From: Carcharhinus amblyrhynchos
Taxonomy: Eukaryota
Direction: 5' to 3'
NCBI GenBank assembly: GCA_965287045.1
Contig: OZ336871.1
Location: 58,032,001 to 58,096,000 of the forward strand
Length of the DNA: 64,000 bases
The translations under genes were made by a program, and so were the position numbers. The notes beneath the pieces are model-generated. The model did not search any database. It was not told the DNA's origin and worked only from the letters and a program-made list of their open reading frames with translations. Shown piece after piece: positions 63,876 through 64,000 of this stretch (within the stretch, counting starts at the first letter, position 1; every line of letters starts with the position of its first letter).

Positions 63876-64000
63876 AGGTAGGGGAGACTAAAACTAGAGG
63901 GCATACATTTAATGTGAGAGAGGAGAGATACAAAAGGTCTAGAGGGGCAATTTTTTTCACACAGTGTCTGGAACGAGCTCCCAGAAGTAGTAGTAGAGGC
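63876..64000 (+). mobile_element. CR1 3' fragment running off the window
   Basis: KTRGHTFNVR..RGNFF..WNELPE. Confidence 0.75.

Overview
Repeat-dense vertebrate DNA, most likely from a shark (elasmobranch). This rests on many HE1-type V-SINEs, Deu-domain SINEs and CR1 LINEs with microsatellite tails. I recognise no intact host protein-coding gene, and nearly every ORF in the track is transposon-derived or spurious. The window holds nested CR1, Rex1/Babar, RTE and L2/CR1-group LINE remnants, a decayed Gypsy element with one LTR and its PPT, two solo LTRs, a hAT/Charlie-type MITE with a perfect 8-bp TSD, a decayed Harbinger transposase with probable Harbinger-type MITEs, and Penelope-like elements. 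The most notable observations are: (1) minimal hammerhead ribozyme motifs in Penelope terminal repeats, including a 161-bp fold-back insertion centred on the ribozyme core; (2) a repeat-free, CpG-retaining island at about 36.9-38.1 kb with CRE/RUNX/E-box/ETS/GATA motifs and divergent candidate first exons; (3) one V-SINE head and core carrying three different 3' tails; (4) a young CR1 fragment with a triplicated 23-mer at its 5' junction. I found no convincing wholly new biological system. Family names come from motif recognition rather than database searches, and boundaries of old repeats are approximate.
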